Assembly: GCA_965208615.1 (NCBI GenBank)
Contig: CBDBPB010000006.1
Span: 128,001 to 192,000, forward strand
DNA: 64,000 nucleotides
Source: Spirochaetota bacterium
GTDB lineage: Bacteria > Spirochaetota > UBA6919 > CBDBPB01
Reading direction: 5' to 3'
Shown: piece after piece, positions 1-9,800 of the stretch
How positions within the stretch are numbered: position 1 is the stretch's first letter
How the letters are laid out: each line of letters begins with the position of its first letter
Made by a program: the position numbers and the translations under genes
The notes under the pieces: generated by a model
Seen by the model: the letters and a program-made list of their open reading frames with translations, nothing else
What the model was told of the DNA's origin: nothing
Database searches by the model: none

Positions 1-838
1 TCTTATACAAATTGAGCAACTGGATGAAAAGAATGAGTTATCTAAAAGTATAATCAAAAATGACTTAAAGCTTTTAGAAAGGTCAAAGTTTAAGCAAATA
101 GCTTCAAAGTATTCAGTGGATATAAAAAAGATTAAAGAGGCAATTAAAGTTATATCTAGGTTAGACCCTATTCCTGCAAGACAATTTAATTCTAAAAAAA
201 TTAGATATATAGTACCTGATATAGTAGTTAAAAGAGTAGAAAGTGGGTATAGTGTTTCAGTAAATGATTATAACTTACCATTAATTAGACTAAACTCGTC
301 ATATAAGAGTCTTTTGCATACAGAAAAAGTAGGAGAGGATGCTAAACACTTTTTTAATAATAAATATTCAGAAGCAAAGTTACTCTTATCTAGTTTAGAA
401 AAGCGTAAATCTACTGTTATTAAGGTGGTCAAGGAGATTATTGACTATCAAAAAGATTTTTTTAATAAAGGACCTCAATTTTTAAAACCATTAGTCCTTA
501 AAGATATTGCTAAAGAGATTAATATGCACGAGTCTACAATAAGTCGTGTTGTAGCTAACAAATATATGGAGACTCCATGGGGGATATTTAGTTTAAAGTA
601 CTTTTTTTCTAGTAAGATAGGAGAGGGATTTGGTCAGGTAAGATCTAGCAGGAGTATAAAAGAGATTATAAAAGAAATTATTGCTAATGAGAAGACTAGT
701 ATTTTAAGTGATGACCAAATTGTTAAAGTTCTTGAGAATCGTGGTATTAAGATAGCAAGGCGTACAGTTGCTAAGTATCGTAAAAAATTAAAAATACTAT
801 CTTCTTTTCAGCGAAGAGAAAAACTACAACTATATTAG
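1..838 (+). CDS. rpoN: RNA polymerase sigma-54 factor (5' part outside window)
   Basis: Frame open from nt 2; HTH MHESTISRV and RpoN box ARRTVAKYR. Confidence 0.97.
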   Translation, partial: LIQIEQLDEKNELSKSIIKNDLKLLERSKFKQIASKYSVDIKKIKEAIKVISRLDPIPARQFNSKKIRYIVPDIVVKRVESGYSVSVNDYNLPLIRLNSSYKSLLHTEKVGEDAKHFFNNKYSEAKLLLSSLEKRKSTVIKVVKEIIDYQKDFFNKGPQFLKPLVLKDIAKEINMHESTISRVVANKYMETPWGIFSLKYFFSSKIGEGFGQVRSSRSIKEIIKEIIANEKTSILSDDQIVKVLENRGIKIARRTVAKYRKKLKILSSFQRREKLQLY

Positions 839-847
839 GGGGATTTG

Positions 848-1603
848 GTGAATATTTCAATTACTGGAAGACATTTGGATATTACTCCAAGTTTAAAGCA
901 GTATATTCAAAAAAAGGTTGAAAAAGTTAAATATTACTTTGAACACATTATTAATGTTTATCTTATATTAGAGGTTAATAAGCTATCTCACTCTGCTGAG
1001 GTAACTATTCATTCAGACGAAAAGACTTTTTTTTGTGAAGTTATAAGTGGTGATATGTATGAATCTGTTGATAAGGTTTTCGCTAAAGTAGAGAGGCAGA
1101 TAAGAAGAAATAAAGAGAAGATTTCTGATCGAAAAAGTAAAGGTATTAGCAAGTCTTTTGGTCATGCTAATACTATTGAAGAGAGTAAAATAAATATTAC
1201 AAAAATAAAGGAGATATCCCCCAAGCCTAAGAGTAGGCACGAGGCTCTGTTACAGCTATCTTTGAATAATCATAAGTTTGATATTTTTAAAGAGGATAGC
1301 GGTATAATTAAAGAAAGTATTGCACTTAAAAATGAGAATAACTGTTATTCTTTGATACAACAAAGTAACGGCCAATGGATTGAGCATATTATTAAGTTAG
1401 AAAATAATAATATAGTAGAGGAATCTACTAAGGAATATAATGTAGAATATATTACTTTGGCAATTGCTATTGATAGATTATTTAAAAATAATTTAAGATA
1501 TATAATTTATCATGATTCTGAGTATAATAGTTTAAATATATTGTATTTTAGAAAAAATAAAACACTAGGGCTTCTTACTTCTGGAGGTATTGATGAAAGT
1601 TAG
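848..1603 (+). CDS. hpf: Ribosome hibernation factor (HPF/RaiA) with long C-terminal extension
   Basis: N-terminus MNISITGRHLDITPSLKQY...DMYESVD...ERQIRRNKEK; directly after rpoN; GTG start with GGGGGA RBS. Confidence 0.85.
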   Translation: MNISITGRHLDITPSLKQYIQKKVEKVKYYFEHIINVYLILEVNKLSHSAEVTIHSDEKTFFCEVISGDMYESVDKVFAKVERQIRRNKEKISDRKSKGISKSFGHANTIEESKINITKIKEISPKPKSRHEALLQLSLNNHKFDIFKEDSGIIKESIALKNENNCYSLIQQSNGQWIEHIIKLENNNIVEESTKEYNVEYITLAIAIDRLFKNNLRYIIYHDSEYNSLNILYFRKNKTLGLLTSGGIDES

Positions 1604-2054
1604 CGATATTCTTGAAGAAGGGGGTATTGAGGTTGAGCTAAAAAGTAATACTAAGAATGAGGTTTTAGATGAGTTAATTGGACTTATTAATACAAGCTTC
1701 AACTTTGAGAATATTGATGAGATAAGAAAAGCTATTTATGATCGTGAAAAGCTATCTAGCACCGGAATAGGTAATGGTTTAGCTATCCCCCATGCTAAGG
1801 TGGTTGGGGTTGATAGAATTGTAGCTGGTATAGGTCTTTCTAAAAAAGGTATAGATTTCTCTTCTCTTGATAAAATGCCAGCCCACATCTTTTTTATACT
1901 TATTTCTCCTAAAGAAGATCAGGGAAGTCATGTTAAGACTTTAGCCAAAATTGCAAAGATATTTAAGAACAAGGAATGGAGAGATAAATTAATAGAATGT
2001 GAAAGCTCTAAGGGAGTTATTCAGTTTATTAAAGAAAAAGAGGATATAAAATAG
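1593..2054 (+). CDS. ptsN: PTS EIIA (Ntr/Fru type)
   Basis: REKLSSTGIGNGLAIPHA motif; position in rpoN operon. Confidence 0.9.
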   Translation: MKVSDILEEGGIEVELKSNTKNEVLDELIGLINTSFNFENIDEIRKAIYDREKLSSTGIGNGLAIPHAKVVGVDRIVAGIGLSKKGIDFSSLDKMPAHIFFILISPKEDQGSHVKTLAKIAKIFKNKEWRDKLIECESSKGVIQFIKEKEDIK

Positions 2055-2337
2055 TATAAAAAATTAATAAAATATCTATTTTAATTTTATAAAAAACTGA
2101 TTTAGTTTTAAATTAGTTATAATTGGCTATCTTAAAATAATTTTTACATTATTTAATATAAATTATAAAAAGTATAAAGTTAAATACCTACTTTTACTAA
2201 AATAGATGATAATTAGTTATCACATTATTTTTTCAACTATATTTTATTGCTTTCTGCTGGGGCTTTCCTTATATAATAACAAGAATTGCTAATAACTTTT
2301 AGCTATAAATAGTACATAAAAGAGGTTATATTCATTT

Positions 2338-2604
2338 ATGGAAAGAAGGGAGGTTATTGTTAATAACGATAAAGGGATACATGTTAGAGTTGCTTCTATT
2401 TTGGTGAAAGAGGCTTGTGAGTTTAAATCGGATATATATATTGAAAAGGACTTTAAGAAAGCTAATTGTAAAAGTATTATGAGCATTATGATACTTGGAA
2501 TTACTAATGGTAGTAAGATTATTGTTTTTGCAGTAGGAGAGGATGAGAAGTTGGCAGTCGATAAAATATGTGCTTTACTTGAATATAACTTTGAAGATGA
2601 TTAA
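2338..2604 (+). CDS. ptsH: HPr-family phosphocarrier
   Basis: GIHVRVA (His15 motif), KSIMSIM (Ser46 motif), 88 aa. Confidence 0.88.
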   Translation: MERREVIVNNDKGIHVRVASILVKEACEFKSDIYIEKDFKKANCKSIMSIMILGITNGSKIIVFAVGEDEKLAVDKICALLEYNFEDD

Positions 2605-2758
2605 ACTTGTTAAGATATATTTTAATAGCATTAAATTATTTTTGTAAGGTTTTAAAAATTTATTATAATATAATTACTATGTTTTTTATAGAAGTTATTG
2701 GTTGTCAAAAATAACTTATGAAGTTATAACAAATATTTTATTAATTAGGGTATGTTTA

Positions 2759-3709
2759 GTGAAAAAGGTAGCATTAGCCGTTTTAATAATAGTTTTATTG
2801 TATACTCAATCATATTCGGTTATTATTGATCAGACTGTAGCCAGAGTAAACGGAAAAGCTATATTCTTATCAGAGTTAGAAGCGTTATACAAACACTTTA
2901 CAAATAGTAAAAAACAATATCTTTCAAAAAGAGATTTTTTAAATCAGCTTATAAAGGTGATTTTATTATTTCAAGTAGCTGAAGATCTTAATCAGAGTGC
3001 TAGTGAGCAGGATGTGCAAAAGGAACTTAGGAGTCTTATGGTTAGGCAAAAAGTAAAAAATATGTTAGAGTTAAAAAAAGCACTAATGAAAAATGGATAT
3101 ACTAGTATGATACCTGTAAGATTTGAGCTTAAGAAGTCTATAGTACAAAATAAGCTAATTAGATTTTTGATTACCTATAAAAAGGTTCAGATTCCTTCTG
3201 AAAGCGAGCTTATGAAGCTTTATAAAGAAAATGAAGATGAATTATATAAAAAAGAAGAAGTTAAAATTGCCCACATATTTATTAAAATTGATAACAAGGC
3301 TCCTTATTCAGAAGTTAAAGAAAAAGAAAAACTTGCTAATAATATTATATTTTTAATTAGGTCTAACAAGGAGACTTTTGGAGGCCTTGCAAAAAAGTAT
3401 TCTGATGATAAAAAGTCTAAATATAAAAGTGGATTAATAGGATGGTTCGATAAAGAGTCGTTATCTAATAGCTCAAATAAATATTTAGCTGCCTTTAAGC
3501 TAAAAAAAGGAGAAATTAGCTCGGTTATATGGACAGATAAAGGAATTGGGATTATTAAACTTTTAGATAAAAAATCAGCACGAAAAATATCTTTTCAAGA
3601 AGCAAAAACATGGTTAAGGCATAAAATATTAATAAAAAAAGGAATTAAATATATTTCAAAGTTAGTACAGCAAAAAGAAAAAAGAAGTACTATAGAGATT
3701 TATTTTTAA
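2759..3709 (+). CDS. SurA-like periplasmic chaperone / parvulin PPIase
   Basis: Signal peptide, IIDQTVARVNG SurA-type N-terminus, AHIFI...LAKKYSDD...GLIGWF parvulin motif. Confidence 0.85.
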   Translation: MKKVALAVLIIVLLYTQSYSVIIDQTVARVNGKAIFLSELEALYKHFTNSKKQYLSKRDFLNQLIKVILLFQVAEDLNQSASEQDVQKELRSLMVRQKVKNMLELKKALMKNGYTSMIPVRFELKKSIVQNKLIRFLITYKKVQIPSESELMKLYKENEDELYKKEEVKIAHIFIKIDNKAPYSEVKEKEKLANNIIFLIRSNKETFGGLAKKYSDDKKSKYKSGLIGWFDKESLSNSSNKYLAAFKLKKGEISSVIWTDKGIGIIKLLDKKSARKISFQEAKTWLRHKILIKKGIKYISKLVQQKEKRSTIEIYF

Positions 3710-3734
3710 TAGTTTTTAGTAGCGGGGTTAACTA

Positions 3735-4154
3735 TTGGGAAAGCGTTATAAAAGTAGAATTTTAGCATTACAAGGACTATATCAATTTGATATTGCTAAT
3801 ACTTCTTTGGACGAGATTATACAATTTAAGTGGGTACATAAAAAAAAGAATCCAATAGATATACTAGTTTTTGCTGAAGAGTTAATTACAGGAACTGTTA
3901 AACATATAAATGAGATTGATAGTATTATTTCTAGCCATTTGTATAACTGGAAAATCAATAAAATATCTCCCATCGAAAGAAATATTTTACGCTTTTCAAT
4001 TTTTTCTTTTTTATATAAAAAAGAGATTCCTACTATTGTAACTATTAATGAGGCAATAAATATTGCCAAAAAGTTTGGTAGTGAAAATTCTTCACGTTTT
4101 ATTAACGGAATACTTGATAATATTCAGAAACAAGACATAAATTCCGAAAAGTAA
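3735..4154 (+). CDS. nusB: Transcription antitermination factor NusB
   Basis: R-ALQGLYQ, ERNILR, INEAINIAKKFG, FINGILD. Confidence 0.95.
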   Translation: MGKRYKSRILALQGLYQFDIANTSLDEIIQFKWVHKKKNPIDILVFAEELITGTVKHINEIDSIISSHLYNWKINKISPIERNILRFSIFSFLYKKEIPTIVTINEAINIAKKFGSENSSRFINGILDNIQKQDINSEK

Positions 4155-4238
4155 AAGAAAGCTAATTATATTAAATAAGCTATACCATAACATTGTTTTA
4201 TCTTAAATGCAATTGCGTATAGTGTAAGGGAGAAGGTA

Positions 4239-5198
4239 ATGAGAAACCATATAAAAGTTGTTATTATTATATTTATTGTTTTTATATTTCCCATAACTGT
4301 TTTTTCTATAGAGGGAGAGGTTTTTAGAGGTGAGGATGAAATAGCTCAAGATTCTGAGTTAAAACCTAGATCTAATGATGAAGAGAGGGTAATTATTGGG
4401 GATAGTTCTCTTAAAAAGGAAAACGGCTCTAAAAAGGCTGTAACAGATATTGATGATAAAGATATAAACACTCTTATTGATCAGTTTACAAATATGCTTA
4501 GCAGGGGGATTCGTGATGAACTAAAAAACATGTTATATAGAAAGCTTGAAGAGATTCGCATGCGTCTTATCCAGAAAAAGAAATACCTTTATATAGCTAA
4601 TTCTGTTGATAGAGAAATAGATTTTGAGTTAAAGCGTTTGTTTAAAGACTTAAAAGCAGATTTAACTAGTGAAATGCGTAAAGAGGTCAGGGTTAAGATA
4701 GTTTCTTTACTTCAAAATTATATTAATAAATATAGTCTAAAACCCCATGAACAGCCTAAGAAAGAAGTTGATAAAAAAGTTAATATAAAAAAAAGAAAAC
4801 TTCGTCTAAAAAGATCTATTAAAAAAAGGCTTTATATTAAGAATATTAAGGTTGGTAATGATATTGCTAAAGGCCAAAAGGTAGGTAAAAAAAATAAGCT
4901 TGCCATTGTTATTACAACCGTATCCAATTTTAGATTTACAAATGGAAAGCTTTATATTTATGCTAAAAATATAAAAACAAATAAGAAATATCTTATATAT
5001 TCTTTAAATCCTTTTCAGATTGGGAAAAGATGGGCGCAGGATCAGCTAACGTGGACTGGTAATTATTATAAAAATAATAAAACTGTTAAATTAGCAAATG
5101 GATTATATAAAATTTATTGTTTGATTACTTATAAAAAGAAGAAGGTTGGAAGGTTTTGGGGACGTAATTCAAAAAGATATTATATTAGGGTTAAGTAG
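4239..5198 (+). CDS. Secreted hypothetical protein; helical middle, possible C-terminal FlgD-Ig-like domain
   Basis: Signal peptide, GGGAGAAGG RBS, C-terminal LTWTG...LANGLYKIY. Confidence 0.6.
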   Translation: MRNHIKVVIIIFIVFIFPITVFSIEGEVFRGEDEIAQDSELKPRSNDEERVIIGDSSLKKENGSKKAVTDIDDKDINTLIDQFTNMLSRGIRDELKNMLYRKLEEIRMRLIQKKKYLYIANSVDREIDFELKRLFKDLKADLTSEMRKEVRVKIVSLLQNYINKYSLKPHEQPKKEVDKKVNIKKRKLRLKRSIKKRLYIKNIKVGNDIAKGQKVGKKNKLAIVITTVSNFRFTNGKLYIYAKNIKTNKKYLIYSLNPFQIGKRWAQDQLTWTGNYYKNNKTVKLANGLYKIYCLITYKKKKVGRFWGRNSKRYYIRVK

Positions 5199-5222
5199 TC
5201 GAAGTTAGTTATATACATTTTA

Positions 5223-6572
5223 TTATAAAGAGTATTTTTTTATTTTTTTATGTAGATGGCTTCTTTCGATTTCTAGTTCTTTAGCTGTTTTACTAATATT
5301 CATATCATTTTTTAAGAGTTTTTTATAGATGAATTTTTTTTCAAATACCTCCTTTGCAGTTTTAAGCGATGAATATTTATAAATATCTTCATCTATTTTA
5401 GATTTTTCTGTTTGATCATACACATGATATTTAACATGCTTTTCAGAAATGGTATTTCCTTCTATCATTACGCTAAGTCTTTCTACTACATTTTTTAGTT
5501 CTCTTATATTACCATTCCACGGGTATTCTTCTAATAATTTAATTGCTTCTTGTTTTAAAATCTTTTTTTTCATAGCGCCTTGTTTTGCGAACTGTTCCAT
5601 GAAGTACTCTATTAATAAGGGGATGTCTTCTTTTCTATCCCTTAGGTTAGGAACGTGTATTGGTATAACATTAACTCTATAATATAAGTCTTCTCTAAAG
5701 TTCTCATTTTTTATTTCTTCTAAGATATTTTTATTGGTAGCTACAATAACTCTTATATCTACTTTTATAGTTGATATACCTCCAACACGTTCAAATTTCA
5801 TTTCTTGTAATACTCTTAGGACTTTTGCTTGAGTATTTAAGCTCATATCTGCAATTTCGTCCAAAAATATAGTACCGTTATTAGCCAGCTCGAATTTGCC
5901 TTTTTTTCTAGCAGCTGCTCCAGTGAATGCACCTTTTTCGTATCCAAAAAGTTCACTTTCTATTAGGTTATCTGGTATAGCCGCACAATTAATAGCAATA
6001 AAGGGTTTATGCCTTCTTTTAGAGTTAAAATGGATTGCACGAGCAACTAATTCTTTACCTGTTCCATTTCCACCAGTTATTAGTACTCTAGCAGTACTTT
6101 TTGATGCATTTATAATTTTATCTTTAACTTCTTTTATGAGTTTTGATTCACCAATTAATTCAATTCTGTCATAAGTTGATGCTTTAAGGCTTTCATTTTC
6201 TTCTTTTAACCTTTTTATAGTTAGTGCATTATGGATTACTGTAAACATTTTTTCTATAGATAATGGTTTACCTATAAAATCAAAGGCTCCATTTTTTATA
6301 GCTCTTACGGCTAGATCTATATTACCATGACCTGAGATAATAATTACTTCCAAGCCGGAGAATTCTTTTTTTACAATATCTAGTACTTCCATGCCACCAG
6401 TTTTTGGTAAGCAGATATCTAGTAATAATATATCCACTCTTTCTCTAAGTAAAACCTTACGCCCATCATCCCAATCTTTTGCTTCAAAAGTAGTAAAGCC
6501 TTCATCTTCTAAAATATCCTTGAGCATCATTCTAATATTTTCTTCATCATCAATAATCAAAATATTAGCCAT
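5223..6572 (-). CDS. ntrX: Sigma54-dependent response regulator (NtrX/NtrC family)
   Basis: Receiver ILIIDDE/LLDI, AAA+ GGNGTGKE, GAFTGA, FREDLYYR, Fis HTH RSHLHKK. Confidence 0.85.
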   Translation of the reverse strand: MANILIIDDEENIRMMLKDILEDEGFTTFEAKDWDDGRKVLLRERVDILLLDICLPKTGGMEVLDIVKKEFSGLEVIIISGHGNIDLAVRAIKNGAFDFIGKPLSIEKMFTVIHNALTIKRLKEENESLKASTYDRIELIGESKLIKEVKDKIINASKSTARVLITGGNGTGKELVARAIHFNSKRRHKPFIAINCAAIPDNLIESELFGYEKGAFTGAAARKKGKFELANNGTIFLDEIADMSLNTQAKVLRVLQEMKFERVGGISTIKVDIRVIVATNKNILEEIKNENFREDLYYRVNVIPIHVPNLRDRKEDIPLLIEYFMEQFAKQGAMKKKILKQEAIKLLEEYPWNGNIRELKNVVERLSVMIEGNTISEKHVKYHVYDQTEKSKIDEDIYKYSSLKTAKEVFEKKFIYKKLLKNDMNISKTAKELEIERSHLHKKIKKYSL

Positions 6573-6807
6573 TTTTAATTATACCACCTTTTGTAGTATT
6601 AGTGTTTTTCAATAATTTTTTATTATAACTAACCCAAGTTTGTATATAACAAATAATAAATATAATAAAAACATTTTAAGATAATCTAACTATTTAAAAA
6701 AGAGTATTTGTTAATAATCTAAAGTTAAAAATTAAATTAAAATATTTATGAAAAATAGATTTTACCCGATGTTAGCTTAGTAGTTTTATAATTTGCTGGG
6801 AGGGGGT

Positions 6808-9800
6808 ATGGGTTCCAATATTTTTGTTGATTATACAAAGTACTATAGCTCACCTGATTATGAACAAGAATTCAAGAGTAGTAAAGGGTTAAAAGAGCTA
6901 CCTTTTAATGAGATATTAAATCCGGAAAAGGTTGGTAATTTAGAGTCTTTAGTTGAGACATTTAAGGCTAAGGCAGAAAAAAACAAAAATGATGATTTAA
7001 GTTTTTATTTATGGGCTCTTACTCTTTCTAATTTAAAGAGATATAACGAAGCTTTGGGTAAGTTTGAATTAGCTTGTAAAATAAATCCTAATTATTTTGA
7101 GGCCTATTTTAATTGGAGTAAAATACTATATGAGCTTGGAAAGTATGAAGAGAGTGAGGATAAAATACTAAAGGCCTTAGACATAAAGCCTGCTAACTAT
7201 GAGGCATTATTTTATTATGGAGTAATTTTATTCCGCTTAAATAAGCTTAAAAATGCCATTGACTATTTTAGACTGGCCAGTCAAGCTAACTCTGCTGACT
7301 ATAGGAGTCTTTATAACCTTGCCATTAGCCTGTATAAGACTGGTAAATATAATGAAGCTATTGATTATTTTGAACAGGCATCTAATATTAACCCAGAGGA
7401 TTATGATATTTTATTTAACTGGGGTAATTCTCTTTATAAGGCGGGTGAATATCAAGATGCAATAGTTAAGTATAAAAAGGCTATCAAGTTAAAATCTAAT
7501 CCTGCAGAAGCAATTTTTAATATGGGTATGTCCCAGTTTGCTCTTAAGAACTATAAAAAGGCTATGACCCATTATACAACAGCCTTAGATATAAATCCTA
7601 TTGACTCCTCGGCCCTAAATAATTTGGGGGTAACTTTATGCGAGCTAAAAAACTATGAAAAGGCTTTACTAAAGTATGAAAAGGCATCTTTAATCAGTCC
7701 CGATAATTATAAGCTCTATAATAATTGGGGTGTAGCTCTAACAAAGATTAAAAAGTTTAAAGAGGCTAAGGATAAGTATAAAAAGGCTTTAGAGTTAAAT
7801 CCTAATAACTCTACTATATTTAGTAATTATAGTATTTTGTTAACAGAAAACCAAGTTATTGATGAGGCAATACAAAAATGTGAATACTCTATTAGTATTG
7901 ATCCAGATAACTCAATGGCACATAATAATCTGGGTATTGCTTTATCTAAAATAGAGAAATATGAGGATGCAATAGCTAACTTTAAAGAGGCAATAACCTT
8001 AAACCCTAAAAATATATCCCCTTATGAAAACTGGGAAATTACTTTAAACATTCTTACTCAAAAATATAAAAATAATTTAGATTCAAAGTACTCCAAGGTA
8101 TTTATAGAGTTAGCGGATTTTTATTTACATCTTAAGAGGTTTGAGAAGGCAATAAGGCTTTATGAGATAGGTATAAAAATTAGTGAGGAAAAAGTTAACG
8201 TAGATATTTTAGCAAATCTTGGACGATGCTATTTTGAGAATAAGGATTATAATAATTCTTCAAACACCCTTAAAAAGTTATTAGAGGTAATACCTGATGA
8301 TTATGTTATTCACAATCAGTTAGCTCTTTCTTTATATGGTTTAGAGAACTATGAAGAGGCTGAATTTCATTTTAGCAGGGTAAAAGAGTTAAAGCCTTCT
8401 TTTGAGAATCTTAATTTTAATATTGGTAATGTATTATATAAGTTAGGGGAGTATCAAAAAGCAATAAACTCATATCTTAAGGTAGAAGACTTAAATAATG
8501 ATATTCTTTATGTACACTTAGGTAATGCCTATAAAAAGGCTGGATATGAAGATGAGCCTATCACATATTATTTGAAAGCTATAGATGTTAATAATGACTG
8601 TGCTTTGGCATTTTATCAAGCTGGTAAAGCTTATTATAAAAAGAAGAATTATGAAAAGGCTCTTGAGTTTTTAAAGAGGGCTATTATATATTTACCCAAA
8701 AAGCCTAAAATCTATTTTTATATTGGAACATCCCTAAAGCAGTTGGGCAGGTATAGAGAGGCTATTGATAATATTAGTCGGGCTCTTGAGATTAAAGGTT
8801 TAGTCTCACTTGCTAATAACGAGTTAGGTGAGGCATATATTGGTATAAGGAATTATAGTGGTGCTATTTCTGCGTTTGAAAAGGCTATTGAGGTTGATCC
8901 TAATTTAGATATTGCATATAACAATCTTGGTATAGTATACCAAAAAATGAAGAAAGAGGATAAGGCTGTTGAGCAGTTTCAAATTGCATTGACAATAAAT
9001 AGTAATTTTGTTGAGGCTCACAGAAATTTAGGGGTTTCTTATTTATCCTTAGAGAGGTATGAAGAAGCTAATACAAAGTTTGCTGCTGCTAATCAGTTGG
9101 ACTGCAATAAACCTAAGCTCTTTTTTGATTGGGGTATTACCCAATATTATTTGAACAACTATGAAGGTGCAATTGATAAGTTTAGTAAATATATATACTT
9201 TAAGGGCGGGGATTATGAGGCATACTATTATTTAGGTTTATGTTATTTAGGTCTTAAGAATTATGAGGATTGTGAAAGTAATTTACGTAAGGCTCTTGAG
9301 TTAAATACTGGTTATAGTAGAGGGTATTATTATTTAGCTGTTGCTTTAAGTCAGCAGGAGCATTATGAAGAGGCGATTAATTATTTTAAGAGAGCCATTA
9401 GTCTGGATTCTAATTTTCATGAGGTATACCTTAGTTTGGGCAATGCCTATTATGAGATAAAGGATTATGAGAATGCTATTAATAGTTTTGAAAGGGTTAT
9501 TTTAGTTAACAAGAAGGATCCTAAGGCATATATTAAATTGGGTCAGACTTTGGCTAAAATAAAAAGGAATGACGAGGCAATTAGTAATTTTAAGAAGGCT
9601 AGTGAGTTAAACATATATGATCCAATACCCTACACTAGTTGGGGGGATATTTTATTAGATATTGATAGCTTTCAAGAGGCTGTAAAGAAGTATAAGATTG
9701 CTAATCAATATGATCCTGAAAATGTTAGCATATATTTTAATTGGGGTTTTTCTCTTTTAAAGTTAAAGAACTATCGTGAGGCAGCTAGTAAGTTTGAAAA

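Noticed and set aside
2055-6807. Sigma54 -24/-12 promoters near rpoN and ntrX
   Set aside because: No convincing TGGCAC-N5-TTGC match seen in these intergenic regions
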